Notes under the pieces: generated by a model
What the model was told of the DNA's origin: nothing
Databases searched by the model: none
What the model saw: the letters and a program-made list of their open reading frames with translations, nothing else
Shown here: piece after piece, positions 49,767 through 59,400 of the stretch
Layout of the letters: every line of letters begins with the position of its first letter
Numbering within the stretch: position 1 is the first letter of the stretch
Program-made: the position numbers and the translations under genes
DNA from: an uncultured candidate division Zixibacteria bacterium
GTDB taxonomy: Bacteria; Zixibacteria; MSB-5A5; GN15; PGXB01
Direction: 5' to 3'
Length of the DNA stretch: 64,000 nt
Assembly: GCA_963702205.1 (NCBI GenBank)
Contig: OY969724.1
Location: 2,528,001-2,592,000, forward strand

Positions 49767-50323
49767 GCACATACCTCTTGGTTAATGATAATGATGGTTA
49801 GTTACAATAACATTTACTTTGTCCCGACCCAGTGATTTTGGCCGGGTGGTCCGAACCAGTAGCACCACCTCCTTGATGATAAATAAATTGGTGTTTACTT
49901 TAACATGCGTAATTAGTTGTACTTATAGATACAATTTTTTGCAGTCTTGTTAATACGCCAAGCCCTACGCGGGACAAGGAAGTACTTTAAAAAGCAATCC
50001 AATTTGACAATTGGACAGGTAACTCCGTAACTTATCAAAATAAACATATTTTTTTAAAATATGTCAAGGCATTTTTGCTCTTAAAACCCCATTTTAAGCG
50101 GTTATCCGCCTCAGATTTAGCGGGTGTTCGATTTATTGTTAAATATTCCGTTGCTCGCTCTCCGTCAGCCAAAACACATATTTCGAATATGACCAATAAT
50201 CCAAAATATTCGCCGATTTAACAATATTAAAATTCAATAAAACAAAAAAGTCCCTGGATTATCTCTTTTAATTCGTAAAATAATATATATCACGATGTTC
50301 AAAATTAAAAAGGAGAATCAAAT

Positions 50324-51307
50324 TTGAATAAAACTCGTCTATTATGCCAAATATTGGTGGTTTTTGCCATAGCTCCGTTGTTTGAGACGGCTCTTTTCGC
50401 TAATGGAGATTCAAATATGACATCGAATGAATTGATTTTATCGGCCGACAGCACATTCAATGCAAGTGAATATGATAAAGCCCGAGAAATATTCGCAAAG
50501 GCCCTGGAAGCCGCTCAAAAAGAGGGCAATAAGTCAAATGAAGTGGAAGCCAACGCGATGCTGGGCCGTTGTTACCTGATTAAAGACGACATGGCTTCGG
50601 GTATGCCTTATCTCAAAGCGGCGGAACAGGATGCCCGGCCGGAAGAACCGGGGGGCTGGTCTCGCTATCTGGGAGTGAGAGGACGCTTTGAATGGCAGCA
50701 GAAGGATCTTGCAAAAGCCACAGAGACTTTCAAAGAAATGTATGATTTCTGTGAAAATAACGATCTGCCGAGCCGTGCCATTGACGCGGCTCATATGGTG
50801 GCCATAACCGGGAGTCCTGAACAACAGATCGAATGGGGCAAGAAAGGCATCGCCGAAGCGGAAAAGAGCCATATTACGCACTGGCTCGGGCCGCTTTGGA
50901 ATAACCTGGGATGGGTCTATGAAGATCGGGGAAATTACCCGGAAGCGCTGGGCGCCTATTTGAAAGCCCGCGAATATCACTGGCAATATGGCACGGAGCA
51001 GAATAAACTCATTGCGGATTGGGCGGTTGGGCACGCTTATATGCTTAACGGCGATTACGATAACGCCGGCAAATGGCTTCGGCCCGTCCTGGCCTGGGCG
51101 GAGCGTATAGAAAATACCGAATTCGTCGGTTTATCATATCGCGATCTTGGTGAAGTCGTTCTGGCGGGAGGAGATTCTACAGAAGCGCTATCTTATTTCA
51201 CAAATGCACTGGACAGTCTAAAAAAAGTCGGAATGCCCGATTGGGATGCCGATGGTTATAAAAAAATCGTCGATAAAATCGCTTCATTAAAGGGAGAATC
51301 TAAATAG
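50324..51307 (+). CDS. Exported TPR protein
   Basis: TTG start after AAGGAG; signal peptide; TPR helices (WNNLGWVYEDRGNYPEAL, YRDLGEV). Confidence 0.8.
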   Translation: MNKTRLLCQILVVFAIAPLFETALFANGDSNMTSNELILSADSTFNASEYDKAREIFAKALEAAQKEGNKSNEVEANAMLGRCYLIKDDMASGMPYLKAAEQDARPEEPGGWSRYLGVRGRFEWQQKDLAKATETFKEMYDFCENNDLPSRAIDAAHMVAITGSPEQQIEWGKKGIAEAEKSHITHWLGPLWNNLGWVYEDRGNYPEALGAYLKAREYHWQYGTEQNKLIADWAVGHAYMLNGDYDNAGKWLRPVLAWAERIENTEFVGLSYRDLGEVVLAGGDSTEALSYFTNALDSLKKVGMPDWDADGYKKIVDKIASLKGESK

Positions 51308-51316
51308 GCCTGCATC

Positions 51317-52510
51317 TTATTTATTTTCCGACTGATACTGTTTGAGCATATCCCAGTAATAGTCGTTTTCCGGTTCCTGCTGGATGGCCGCCTGAAGCAT
51401 TTCTATTGCCTGGTCCTGATTGCCTCTATAATGGCAGATTTCGGCAATTGTGCTGTAAACGCGTCCGCGATAATATCCTTCTTTCATGCCACCAACGGCT
51501 GATCGGGCCAGCTGTTCGGCCTGTTCCAGATTTATTTTACGGTCCAGACACCATTTCGCGAATTGAAAACAATGCACCGGATTGTTTTGCCAGTTGTCGC
51601 CGTACGTCGACTGCTTGATCTTCATCGCCGAGGCGGTATCGTGACTGAAGTGCAAAGCATAATCAGCCAGAAGATTAGGGTAATACCTGGCGATGTTGTC
51701 GGCATCGCGGTGCGCCTTGGCGGTGTGAATCCCGGTTTCAAGATAGTTTTTTACATCCTCAAGTCTGCCGACCTTTCGGGCCAGATTGGTCAGGCTGGAG
51801 GCCATACGTACGACATCATAAGGCCGGGCGATTTTGAGGATCGTATCCGCCGCGGGGACGACTTCATCGAACCTGGCCTGATCGTTCCATGAGGCACTGG
51901 CCAGATTGCTGAATATCTGATAAGAATAATTCCGGTGAGCCTGGCCGGACAGCTTTTCCGCCTCGCGGTAATATTTTACGGCTTTCAAATATGCGAGAGC
52001 TTCCTCGAAATAGCGGGCAAGAAATATAGCCGATTCAAAAGTGGGGTTATCCCGTTGCGAGGAAACCCGTTGATCCACGGTCATCGTTTGCAATTGAGCC
52101 TGCTTGAATTGAATCAGGAAACTTCTGGCGTCGGTGTATCCGATCCAGCGATAATAGACATCGCCGGTCGAATCACACAAAATGAAGACGGGGAAGCTAT
52201 AGCCGATTTCGTATTTGGGTGCCAACTCGTAACCTTCACCCTCGCGGGCGTTTAATTTCAGGTGCTCGACGTCTTTAAGCGCCGCAATTATTTCCGGATT
52301 GGAAACGAATTCTTCGTTGGCCTTATGGCAAAACTCGCACGATTCGCGATAGAACTCCATAAGAATTTTCTTCCCCGAAAGGGCAGAGGCCTGCCTGGCC
52401 GCAGCCAGATCGGAATATTCGGCGGCAACCTCGACCGGGCCGAAGATCAATATGACGGCAAAAGAGATAATTAAACTTAAGGCGGTATTATTATTTTTCA
52501 TTTCAAACAT
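51317..52510 (-). CDS. Exported thioredoxin-fold (CxxC) + TPR protein
   Basis: Signal peptide; GKKILMEFY.ESCEFCH; cis-Pro-type FPVFI; C-terminal TPRs. Confidence 0.8.
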   Translation of the reverse strand: MFEMKNNNTALSLIISFAVILIFGPVEVAAEYSDLAAARQASALSGKKILMEFYRESCEFCHKANEEFVSNPEIIAALKDVEHLKLNAREGEGYELAPKYEIGYSFPVFILCDSTGDVYYRWIGYTDARSFLIQFKQAQLQTMTVDQRVSSQRDNPTFESAIFLARYFEEALAYLKAVKYYREAEKLSGQAHRNYSYQIFSNLASASWNDQARFDEVVPAADTILKIARPYDVVRMASSLTNLARKVGRLEDVKNYLETGIHTAKAHRDADNIARYYPNLLADYALHFSHDTASAMKIKQSTYGDNWQNNPVHCFQFAKWCLDRKINLEQAEQLARSAVGGMKEGYYRGRVYSTIAEICHYRGNQDQAIEMLQAAIQQEPENDYYWDMLKQYQSENK

Positions 52511-52652
52511 TAAATCTTATTCTTTCCGCGTCTATACATTATACTGCAAATAACAAGATCGTTCTGATTTTGTCAAATGGTTAGGTCGGTTCAATGATTC
52601 TTCATGCAAAACGCTGCATCATATACCCATTATTGACGTTGATTTCTAATTT

Positions 52653-52668
52653 CGGCCCTTTTTTTGCA
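52653..52668 (+). promoter_or_regulatory. Putative sigma54 -24/-12 promoter of the PEP-CTERM gene
   Basis: CGGCCCTTTTTTTGCA = GG-N10-GC with TTGCA, about 55 nt before the ATG. Confidence 0.5.
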
Positions 52669-52722
52669 ATAGTGCTGTCAGGAATAATTTGAACAACAAT
52701 CTTTTTGCATAAGAGGAATGCG

Positions 52723-53397
52723 ATGTTCAGGAAAAATTTCGGAGCCCTTTTGCTTTTAGTGGCGCTCGCTGTCCCGTGGATGCCGACCGCGTCATCGGCC
52801 CTGACAATAACCGGCGGTGATCCGTCGGGCTATGCAGCCTGGGACAATGGCGGCGACGTAATCGGCGAATTCGGAGAAACCGATCAACGCTGGAACAGTG
52901 AATTTACCGGTGTATACTATAATGCGGCCGGATTTCTCGGATTCGGTTTTACGATCGACGATTCATCCCCGACCCTGAATGACGTCATGAACAACCCGCT
53001 AAAGGATTGGCAGTGGCAGCTGAAAATCGAAAATCTCACCAATCCCTTTACCTGCGCGGCGCTCCCCACGATACAGACGTCCGGCGTCAATTCGTACGCC
53101 GACTTCCAGTCCGGAGCCGACTGGGTCGGCGGTTTTATGAGCGACCTGTTCGGCTTTAACAGTGATTACATTTTTGACTGCACGTTCACCGGCCCCAACA
53201 CCGGCTTTGCATCACTGTCGATGGTCGGCAACGTCGATCCCGACTGGTGGCGTTGTCTGCCCGGTACGTACTATCAGGGCTACCAGAGTAAAGCCACGGT
53301 TGTGTTTTCGGTTTCGTCGGTGCCGGAGCCGACGACTCTCGCTTTGTTCGGTCTCGGATTGACCGGCTTAGGTTTAATTCGCAAACCCAAATATTAA
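52723..53397 (+). CDS. PEP-CTERM sorting-domain protein
   Basis: Signal peptide; C-terminal VPEPTTLALFGLGLTGLGLIRKPKY; ATG 52723 after GAGGA. Confidence 0.93.
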   Translation: MFRKNFGALLLLVALAVPWMPTASSALTITGGDPSGYAAWDNGGDVIGEFGETDQRWNSEFTGVYYNAAGFLGFGFTIDDSSPTLNDVMNNPLKDWQWQLKIENLTNPFTCAALPTIQTSGVNSYADFQSGADWVGGFMSDLFGFNSDYIFDCTFTGPNTGFASLSMVGNVDPDWWRCLPGTYYQGYQSKATVVFSVSSVPEPTTLALFGLGLTGLGLIRKPKY

Positions 53398-53421
53398 AAT
53401 ATCCCAGCCCCCAACGAAGCG

Positions 53422-53455
53422 CAGTGCCCCCGGATACCATGTCCGGGGGCATTGT
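53422..53455 (+). terminator. Hairpin terminator after the PEP-CTERM gene
   Basis: TGCCCCCGGA...TCCGGGGGCA followed by T-rich sequence. Confidence 0.65.
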
Positions 53456-53788
53456 CATTTCATTTCACCAATTCGCAGATTCTGCAAGACTCTGCAGTAT
53501 GCAATAGAATCAAAATTCAAATGGAAAATGAAATTTGGGTGACTTTTGGCGATTGTTCAAACTTTAGACATCTGTATCAATGATACGAAAGGCCCGGGTT
53601 CAGAGAAATCGCCAATTAGACAGTTGCGATAAAGCGGTGTCATAAAGACGATTATGCTAAATTGCATGAAATCGAGACATTTAACTATGAATTTATTAAT
53701 AAAATTTCCTCTCAGCGCTTGACATTTTCAAAATTCACCGGATTCTTAAACAAGCAAACATGGGCGCCATTGGCGATTATTCTGAAGG

Positions 53789-53803
53789 CGGCACGTCATT
53801 TGC
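53789..53803 (+). promoter_or_regulatory. Putative sigma54 -24/-12 promoter of the barrel-DUF11 operon
   Basis: CGGCACGTCATTTGC matches the consensus YGGCACG-N4-TTGC exactly. Confidence 0.7.
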
Positions 53804-53896
53804 GCGAACCGCACGCGGAAAACTAATAAAAGCGCCTGAATTTATATGCCGGGCGGGACAAAATGATAATTATAACTTGATTCCACGAATAGAGAT

Positions 53897-56425
53897 ATGA
53901 AAATCAAAAACACACTGCTGCATCTGATTGTACCGGGACTGGCCGCTTTGTTAATTACACAGGGAGCCGCCGCCGGTATCGTCAAACGATTTAATCCTGA
54001 AGAAAACAAGCACGACCTGCTCTTGCTTGGATTCGGGGAAATCACTCTGCACGCCCTTGACGTAAAGGGCGACGTGGCTTCGTTCAAAGCCGGAAATCCG
54101 GACTACAACGAGGATTATACCGGCACCTATCGGTCCTCACTTCTGGCCAACGGCAATATCAACCGTCACTTTTTCCTCGACGGCACGGTCGTGGTCGATT
54201 CGAGGCTGGAAAACGAGTACCGCACCAACGACCCGAGGCTGTATCGCCTTCGCCTGTCGATGAAATCGACCGAGCCGCTTTGGGACGGCTGGCGTTTCAC
54301 TGGTGAGGGGCTTTATGATCCCCAGCGTTTGTGGGAGTACGGCAACCTCGACAAGCGGCTGCTGTATCAACCGCAGGTGCCGTCACGGCTGGAATTGATG
54401 GCTCGCCTCGAATCCGATGAGCACGGATATGTCGAAGGCGGGACGCTTCATTCGAGTTTCAGTGACAACCAGTTTACCCTGAAGAATCGGTCCCTGTTCG
54501 GTGCTTTCGCCGATCTGCACGATAAGGCGGTCGGGATCGAAGCCGTCGGCGGTAAGCTCGAAGGCAAGGCTTTCCGCGAGGGAACAGTAACCGGTATCAG
54601 GGCCAACGGCACGACCGGGCCGTACGATTTGACCAACGCCCCGATTGTAAATGGCAGTGAAGAAGTTAAAATCGAAGTTAGAGACCGGTTCGACGAGACG
54701 ACGGTGCTGTCGTCCAAAACGCTGGTCAGGAACGTCGATTATGATATCGACTACGACCGGGGAAGAATTATACTCTACACCCCGGTAGCGAGTGAGAACT
54801 TATCATCCGACCCGATTTATATAGTCATCACGTACGACTACACCCGCGACGCCAACGACGACCTGGCCGGCGCTCGCGTTCGATTGACCCCGCAGGATAA
54901 CGTCGAACTCGGCGGGTCGTACTTGCACCGTTTTATAGACAACAATGCCATCGGAGCCGGTGTCGGCGAGCCCGAGGATCTTTTCGGCGGCGATTTCAAA
55001 ATGGCCGATGATAAATGGGGCAAGGCCTTTGTCGAAGTGGCCGGTTCGCAACAGGAAAATAACAGCAGCAATTATCAGGCGCTCCGGGGCGGAGTGACGG
55101 CCACGCCGATCGAGCATCTTGAACTGACCGGACATTTTCAGAGCATCGACGATCAGTTTCAGTCGTTTACCAACAGTGATCTCGATCCGGTCAAAAATCA
55201 GCGGCGGTTCGGTCTCGGCGGACAGTACGATATAACTGGCAGCCAGCATGTAAGAGCGGATTATACGCAGATTCGCACACTGGATTCGGCCGGTGATTTC
55301 AATTTTTACGACGGCAAACGCGACGAGAAAATAATCTCAGCTGAATATTCGAACAGGCTTGTCAAGCAGTTCGTGCTCGATTTCGGTTTCGAGCGGCGCA
55401 ATATCGAAAACGTCGATAATCCATCAACGGAGGATACCTATCAGAACAGGGCAATCGTTAATTTAAGCGGCTATCAGGACTCCATCAGTTATGTCGGGCG
55501 GTTCGATTACGGTGCTCATTTCGAGCATATCGCTTTCCGCAACAATAATGATTCGGGAGCGGCCAATACCAATACCGAACAGGTGGCCTTGCTTGTTGGT
55601 GCGACACCGCACGACGGATACAGAATCAGTCTGTCTCAGAAGATGGATTTGCTCAAAGACCGCGATCAAAACATCTACGACGACCGCAGAGACGTGACCC
55701 AGGCCCAGATTCGGGTGCAGCCGCACCGCAATCTAAGCGGTCTGGCTACGGCCGAATATAAAAGAACGACGGTGCCGGAGGACAATTTCAAGCTCTGGCA
55801 AAGCGATCCGACCCGTATAGAAAAAGCCGGCAATCTCGCGATCGAATTTCTGCCGGCAACCAAAATTAAAGCTTTGGGAAAAATCGGGCATTATGAAGAC
55901 AAGGGTCTTACAAGTGACCCTAACACCAAGTCATCCGATGACTTTGCTCTGGGCCAACTGACATATTTCCACACCCACCACCTGTCTTTTAACGCCGAAA
56001 GTGAGTATCGACTTCAGTCTCAGAAAGACAGCCTAAATCACTACGAAAAGCTCTGGGACCTGGGTCTCAAGGTCAACTGGAACAGGGACAGGTTCACGGA
56101 ACTTACGGCCGGCATGATCCGGCGCTGGCAGGCGGACCACGATCCGCCGGTGGGGAAGATTACATCGGAATCGTACATTTTACTTCTCAGCGGAGCCGTG
56201 GGTCTGGGCAAGGGCTTTTTCACCCGCGGTTCGGCCAAGAGCATCATGTTGGGCAATTCGCTGGATGACCAGAAAACATATACAATGCTGGAACTGGGCT
56301 ATGAAAATGCCAAATGGTTCAGGGTTTCTGGCGGATATGAACGCATAGAAAACGATCCGGACGAATACCCCGACCGCTATTATCGCGGTCAGGGCGGGTT
56401 CATTCGTCTGGTCGGGAAATTTTAG
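53897..56425 (+). CDS. Predicted outer-membrane beta-barrel protein of unknown function
   Basis: Signal peptide; amphipathic alternating strands; C-terminal BAM-type signal GGFIRLVGKF; internal GSEEVKIEVRD..LVRNVDYDIDYDRGRI motif. Confidence 0.75.
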   Translation: MKIKNTLLHLIVPGLAALLITQGAAAGIVKRFNPEENKHDLLLLGFGEITLHALDVKGDVASFKAGNPDYNEDYTGTYRSSLLANGNINRHFFLDGTVVVDSRLENEYRTNDPRLYRLRLSMKSTEPLWDGWRFTGEGLYDPQRLWEYGNLDKRLLYQPQVPSRLELMARLESDEHGYVEGGTLHSSFSDNQFTLKNRSLFGAFADLHDKAVGIEAVGGKLEGKAFREGTVTGIRANGTTGPYDLTNAPIVNGSEEVKIEVRDRFDETTVLSSKTLVRNVDYDIDYDRGRIILYTPVASENLSSDPIYIVITYDYTRDANDDLAGARVRLTPQDNVELGGSYLHRFIDNNAIGAGVGEPEDLFGGDFKMADDKWGKAFVEVAGSQQENNSSNYQALRGGVTATPIEHLELTGHFQSIDDQFQSFTNSDLDPVKNQRRFGLGGQYDITGSQHVRADYTQIRTLDSAGDFNFYDGKRDEKIISAEYSNRLVKQFVLDFGFERRNIENVDNPSTEDTYQNRAIVNLSGYQDSISYVGRFDYGAHFEHIAFRNNNDSGAANTNTEQVALLVGATPHDGYRISLSQKMDLLKDRDQNIYDDRRDVTQAQIRVQPHRNLSGLATAEYKRTTVPEDNFKLWQSDPTRIEKAGNLAIEFLPATKIKALGKIGHYEDKGLTSDPNTKSSDDFALGQLTYFHTHHLSFNAESEYRLQSQKDSLNHYEKLWDLGLKVNWNRDRFTELTAGMIRRWQADHDPPVGKITSESYILLLSGAVGLGKGFFTRGSAKSIMLGNSLDDQKTYTMLELGYENAKWFRVSGGYERIENDPDEYPDRYYRGQGGFIRLVGKF

Positions 56426-56436
56426 GAGCGAGGGCC

Positions 56437-59400
56437 ATGACTATGATTAACACAGGAATCATGAAAAAGGCAGTCATGTCGGCGCTCCTGTTAGTCCTGG
56501 GAGTGCTGCTAATAGGGTCCGGGACATTTGCCCAGGATTCAACGCCGCAGGTTTGTCCTCCGGACACGACGACCATGAAACTGATCAAATATGTCGATCT
56601 GACCGAAGCTCATCGGGGTCAGGTCGTAACGTACCTGGTTCGCGTCTATAACGGCTCGGACAGGACAACAGATAATATTGTAATTAAAGACAATATTCCG
56701 GGATTTGTCGATTATGTGAACGGCTCGGCCAATTATCAAGCCGTTTACAACCCCGGCCAAAACGAACTAACCTGGAATCTTCCGCCTCTGGAAGCATACC
56801 AGATGCATCTGCTGCGTTTTCAGGTTATGGTGAAGGATGACGCACAGGATGGTTCGGTAATCGTCAACACGGCGCGTATGACGGCTCCGCGAAACGCCAA
56901 CAGCAATGAAGTTGAGACGATTGTCACGGCGGATCAGCCGCCGTCGTTGCTGCTTATCGGCAAGTCGGTCGACAAACGTTTGGCCCAGATCGGCGATACG
57001 CTGCTGTACACGATCAAACTGACCAATACCGGTGATTCGGTATATCGCGGGATTGTCGTCCACGACAGTATTCCCGAATATGTCGAGTTCGTGTCCGGGA
57101 CGGCCGGAGCGGCCGGAGTCTACGATTCGAACGCGCGCGTCCTTATCTGGAATATACCGGCTGTCGGTTCGGGCGGGGAGATGTCGTTCACTTTCCGCGC
57201 GTCTATCGATGACGTCGCAGCCGCCGGTAACGAAGTTCGCAACTATGCCGACTTGATCGAACCGAAAACCTGCCGGTCCAATCCGGCTATAACTCTGATC
57301 AAACCGCCGGACCCGACGCCGCGAGTACTATTAACCAAATATGTCGATCACGATCAGATCGATAAGGGCGGTGTATTGACCTATAATCTGCGCATTCACA
57401 ACAACCGCAATTATGCTCTCTATGATGTAGCTGTTGAGGATGAGATACCGCAGTACACGTCGTATATCGCAGGCAGCGCCACCTCTGGCGGCAGCTTTGA
57501 TAATTCCGAGAATAAAGTCACCTGGACATTTCCGGGCCTGGCGGCCTACGAAACCATCATGGTCGGATTTAGAGCCCAGGTTGATGATAACGCCCCCAAT
57601 TACGGCAAAATATACAACCACGGTCTGGTGGTTTCACCCGATTCGCTGGAAAGTAATATAGTCGAAACGCTGATACTTCCCGATTCGACGGCTCTGGCCG
57701 TGCTCAGGATCACCAAGGAAGTCGACAAGAGAGAGGCTTATGTTTTCGATACTCTGAATTACAGCATTCTTGTCGAAAATACCGGCGATGATATCGCTCA
57801 CGATGTTAGCGTTACTGATGCTATACCGGCATTTACCACTCTGGTAAACGGCAGTATTACCGGCGGCGGCAGTTATGATAACGGCTCAAGTACGATATCG
57901 TGGATGATAAATGAACTCTGGCCGGGTGCATCGGTAACGTTTCATTTCAAATCATCAATTAATGACCTGACCCCGTACTTGTCGGATATCATTAATATCG
58001 CCACGATCAATCTGCCTGATTCCTCGCTGAGCGATACCGTCTATACAAAGGTTCTTCCGACTCCGAAACCGGAGTTGCATATTGATAAAAATGTCGATTC
58101 GACACGGGCATACGCCGGCGACACCCTGACTTATACGCTTGATATTTCAAATTCCGGCAATGCCTCGGCTTCGGATGTAAACGTTAATGACTATATACCT
58201 GAACATACAACCTATATCGCCGGAAGCGTCGACGCTCTCGGTTCATACAATGACACCGAAAAACGGGTCGAATGGAACCTGGGTGACATCACGGCGGGAG
58301 GATCCTCGGATCAGCTAAGCTTCAGCGTGGTTCTGGATAAAGACCTGACGGCCGGTGAGATAGTAACCAATATAGGTTTGATAATCCTGGCCGATTCGAG
58401 CGTGGCCGATACGGTCACGACCACAATCGCTGCACCGCCGGTGCCGAAACTTGAAATCGATAAAACCGTCGATTCGCTGACCGCGTACCCGGGTGACACG
58501 CTTAAGTATACGCTTAAGGTTAGCAACTCCGGTGCGACCGTGGCCGGTGACGTGATCGTTTTCGATCCCGTGCCGGAATACGCGACTTATATTCCGTCGA
58601 GCGTTGGGCCGCTTGGTATTTACAACAATGGCCAGAATCGAGTTGAATGGAATATCGGTGATATGGACCCCGGTGAAGATATCGACCTATATTTCCGGGT
58701 AGTACTCGATAATGATTTGACCCAGGGTGATATTGTCACCAATATCGGTTCGATAATTCTTGCAGACTCGACCGTGGCCGATACGGTATCGACCGATATC
58801 GTGCTTCCGCCGAAACCTCATTTGAATATTTCCAAGAAAGTCGACACCGCTTTTGCTTCGCCCGGCGATACTCTTCTGTATACGGTAACGGTGGAAAACG
58901 ACGGCACCGCCGTCGCCGAAAACGCCCTTGTTGCCGACACGATACCGGTTAAAACCACGTACATTGACGGGTCGGCGTCGCATGGCGGTATATATGACAG
59001 CGACAATCGAACCATAAACTGGACTATTCCAACTCTGGCTGTCAGTCAGAAGATTGATCTCAATTTCCGGTTGACTATCGATGATGATATTGCAATCGGT
59101 GCCATTATCCGCAACGTGGCTCATATATTCGAACCGGACACTCTGATCAGCGATACGACCAGCACGGAAATTATTCCTCCACCGGCGCCGCATCTTGAAA
59201 TCGACAAAAAGGTCGATCCGACCGATGCCAATCCGGGCGCAACACTGCACTATAATATCTCGATCCGGAATACGGGAACGGCCTCGGCCAGGAATATTGT
59301 CCTTGTCGATACGCTCCCGCTACTGGTCGACTACGTGGAGAATACATCCAATCCGGTCGCCGAATATAATTCCGACAATCATACATTAAAATGGACCATA

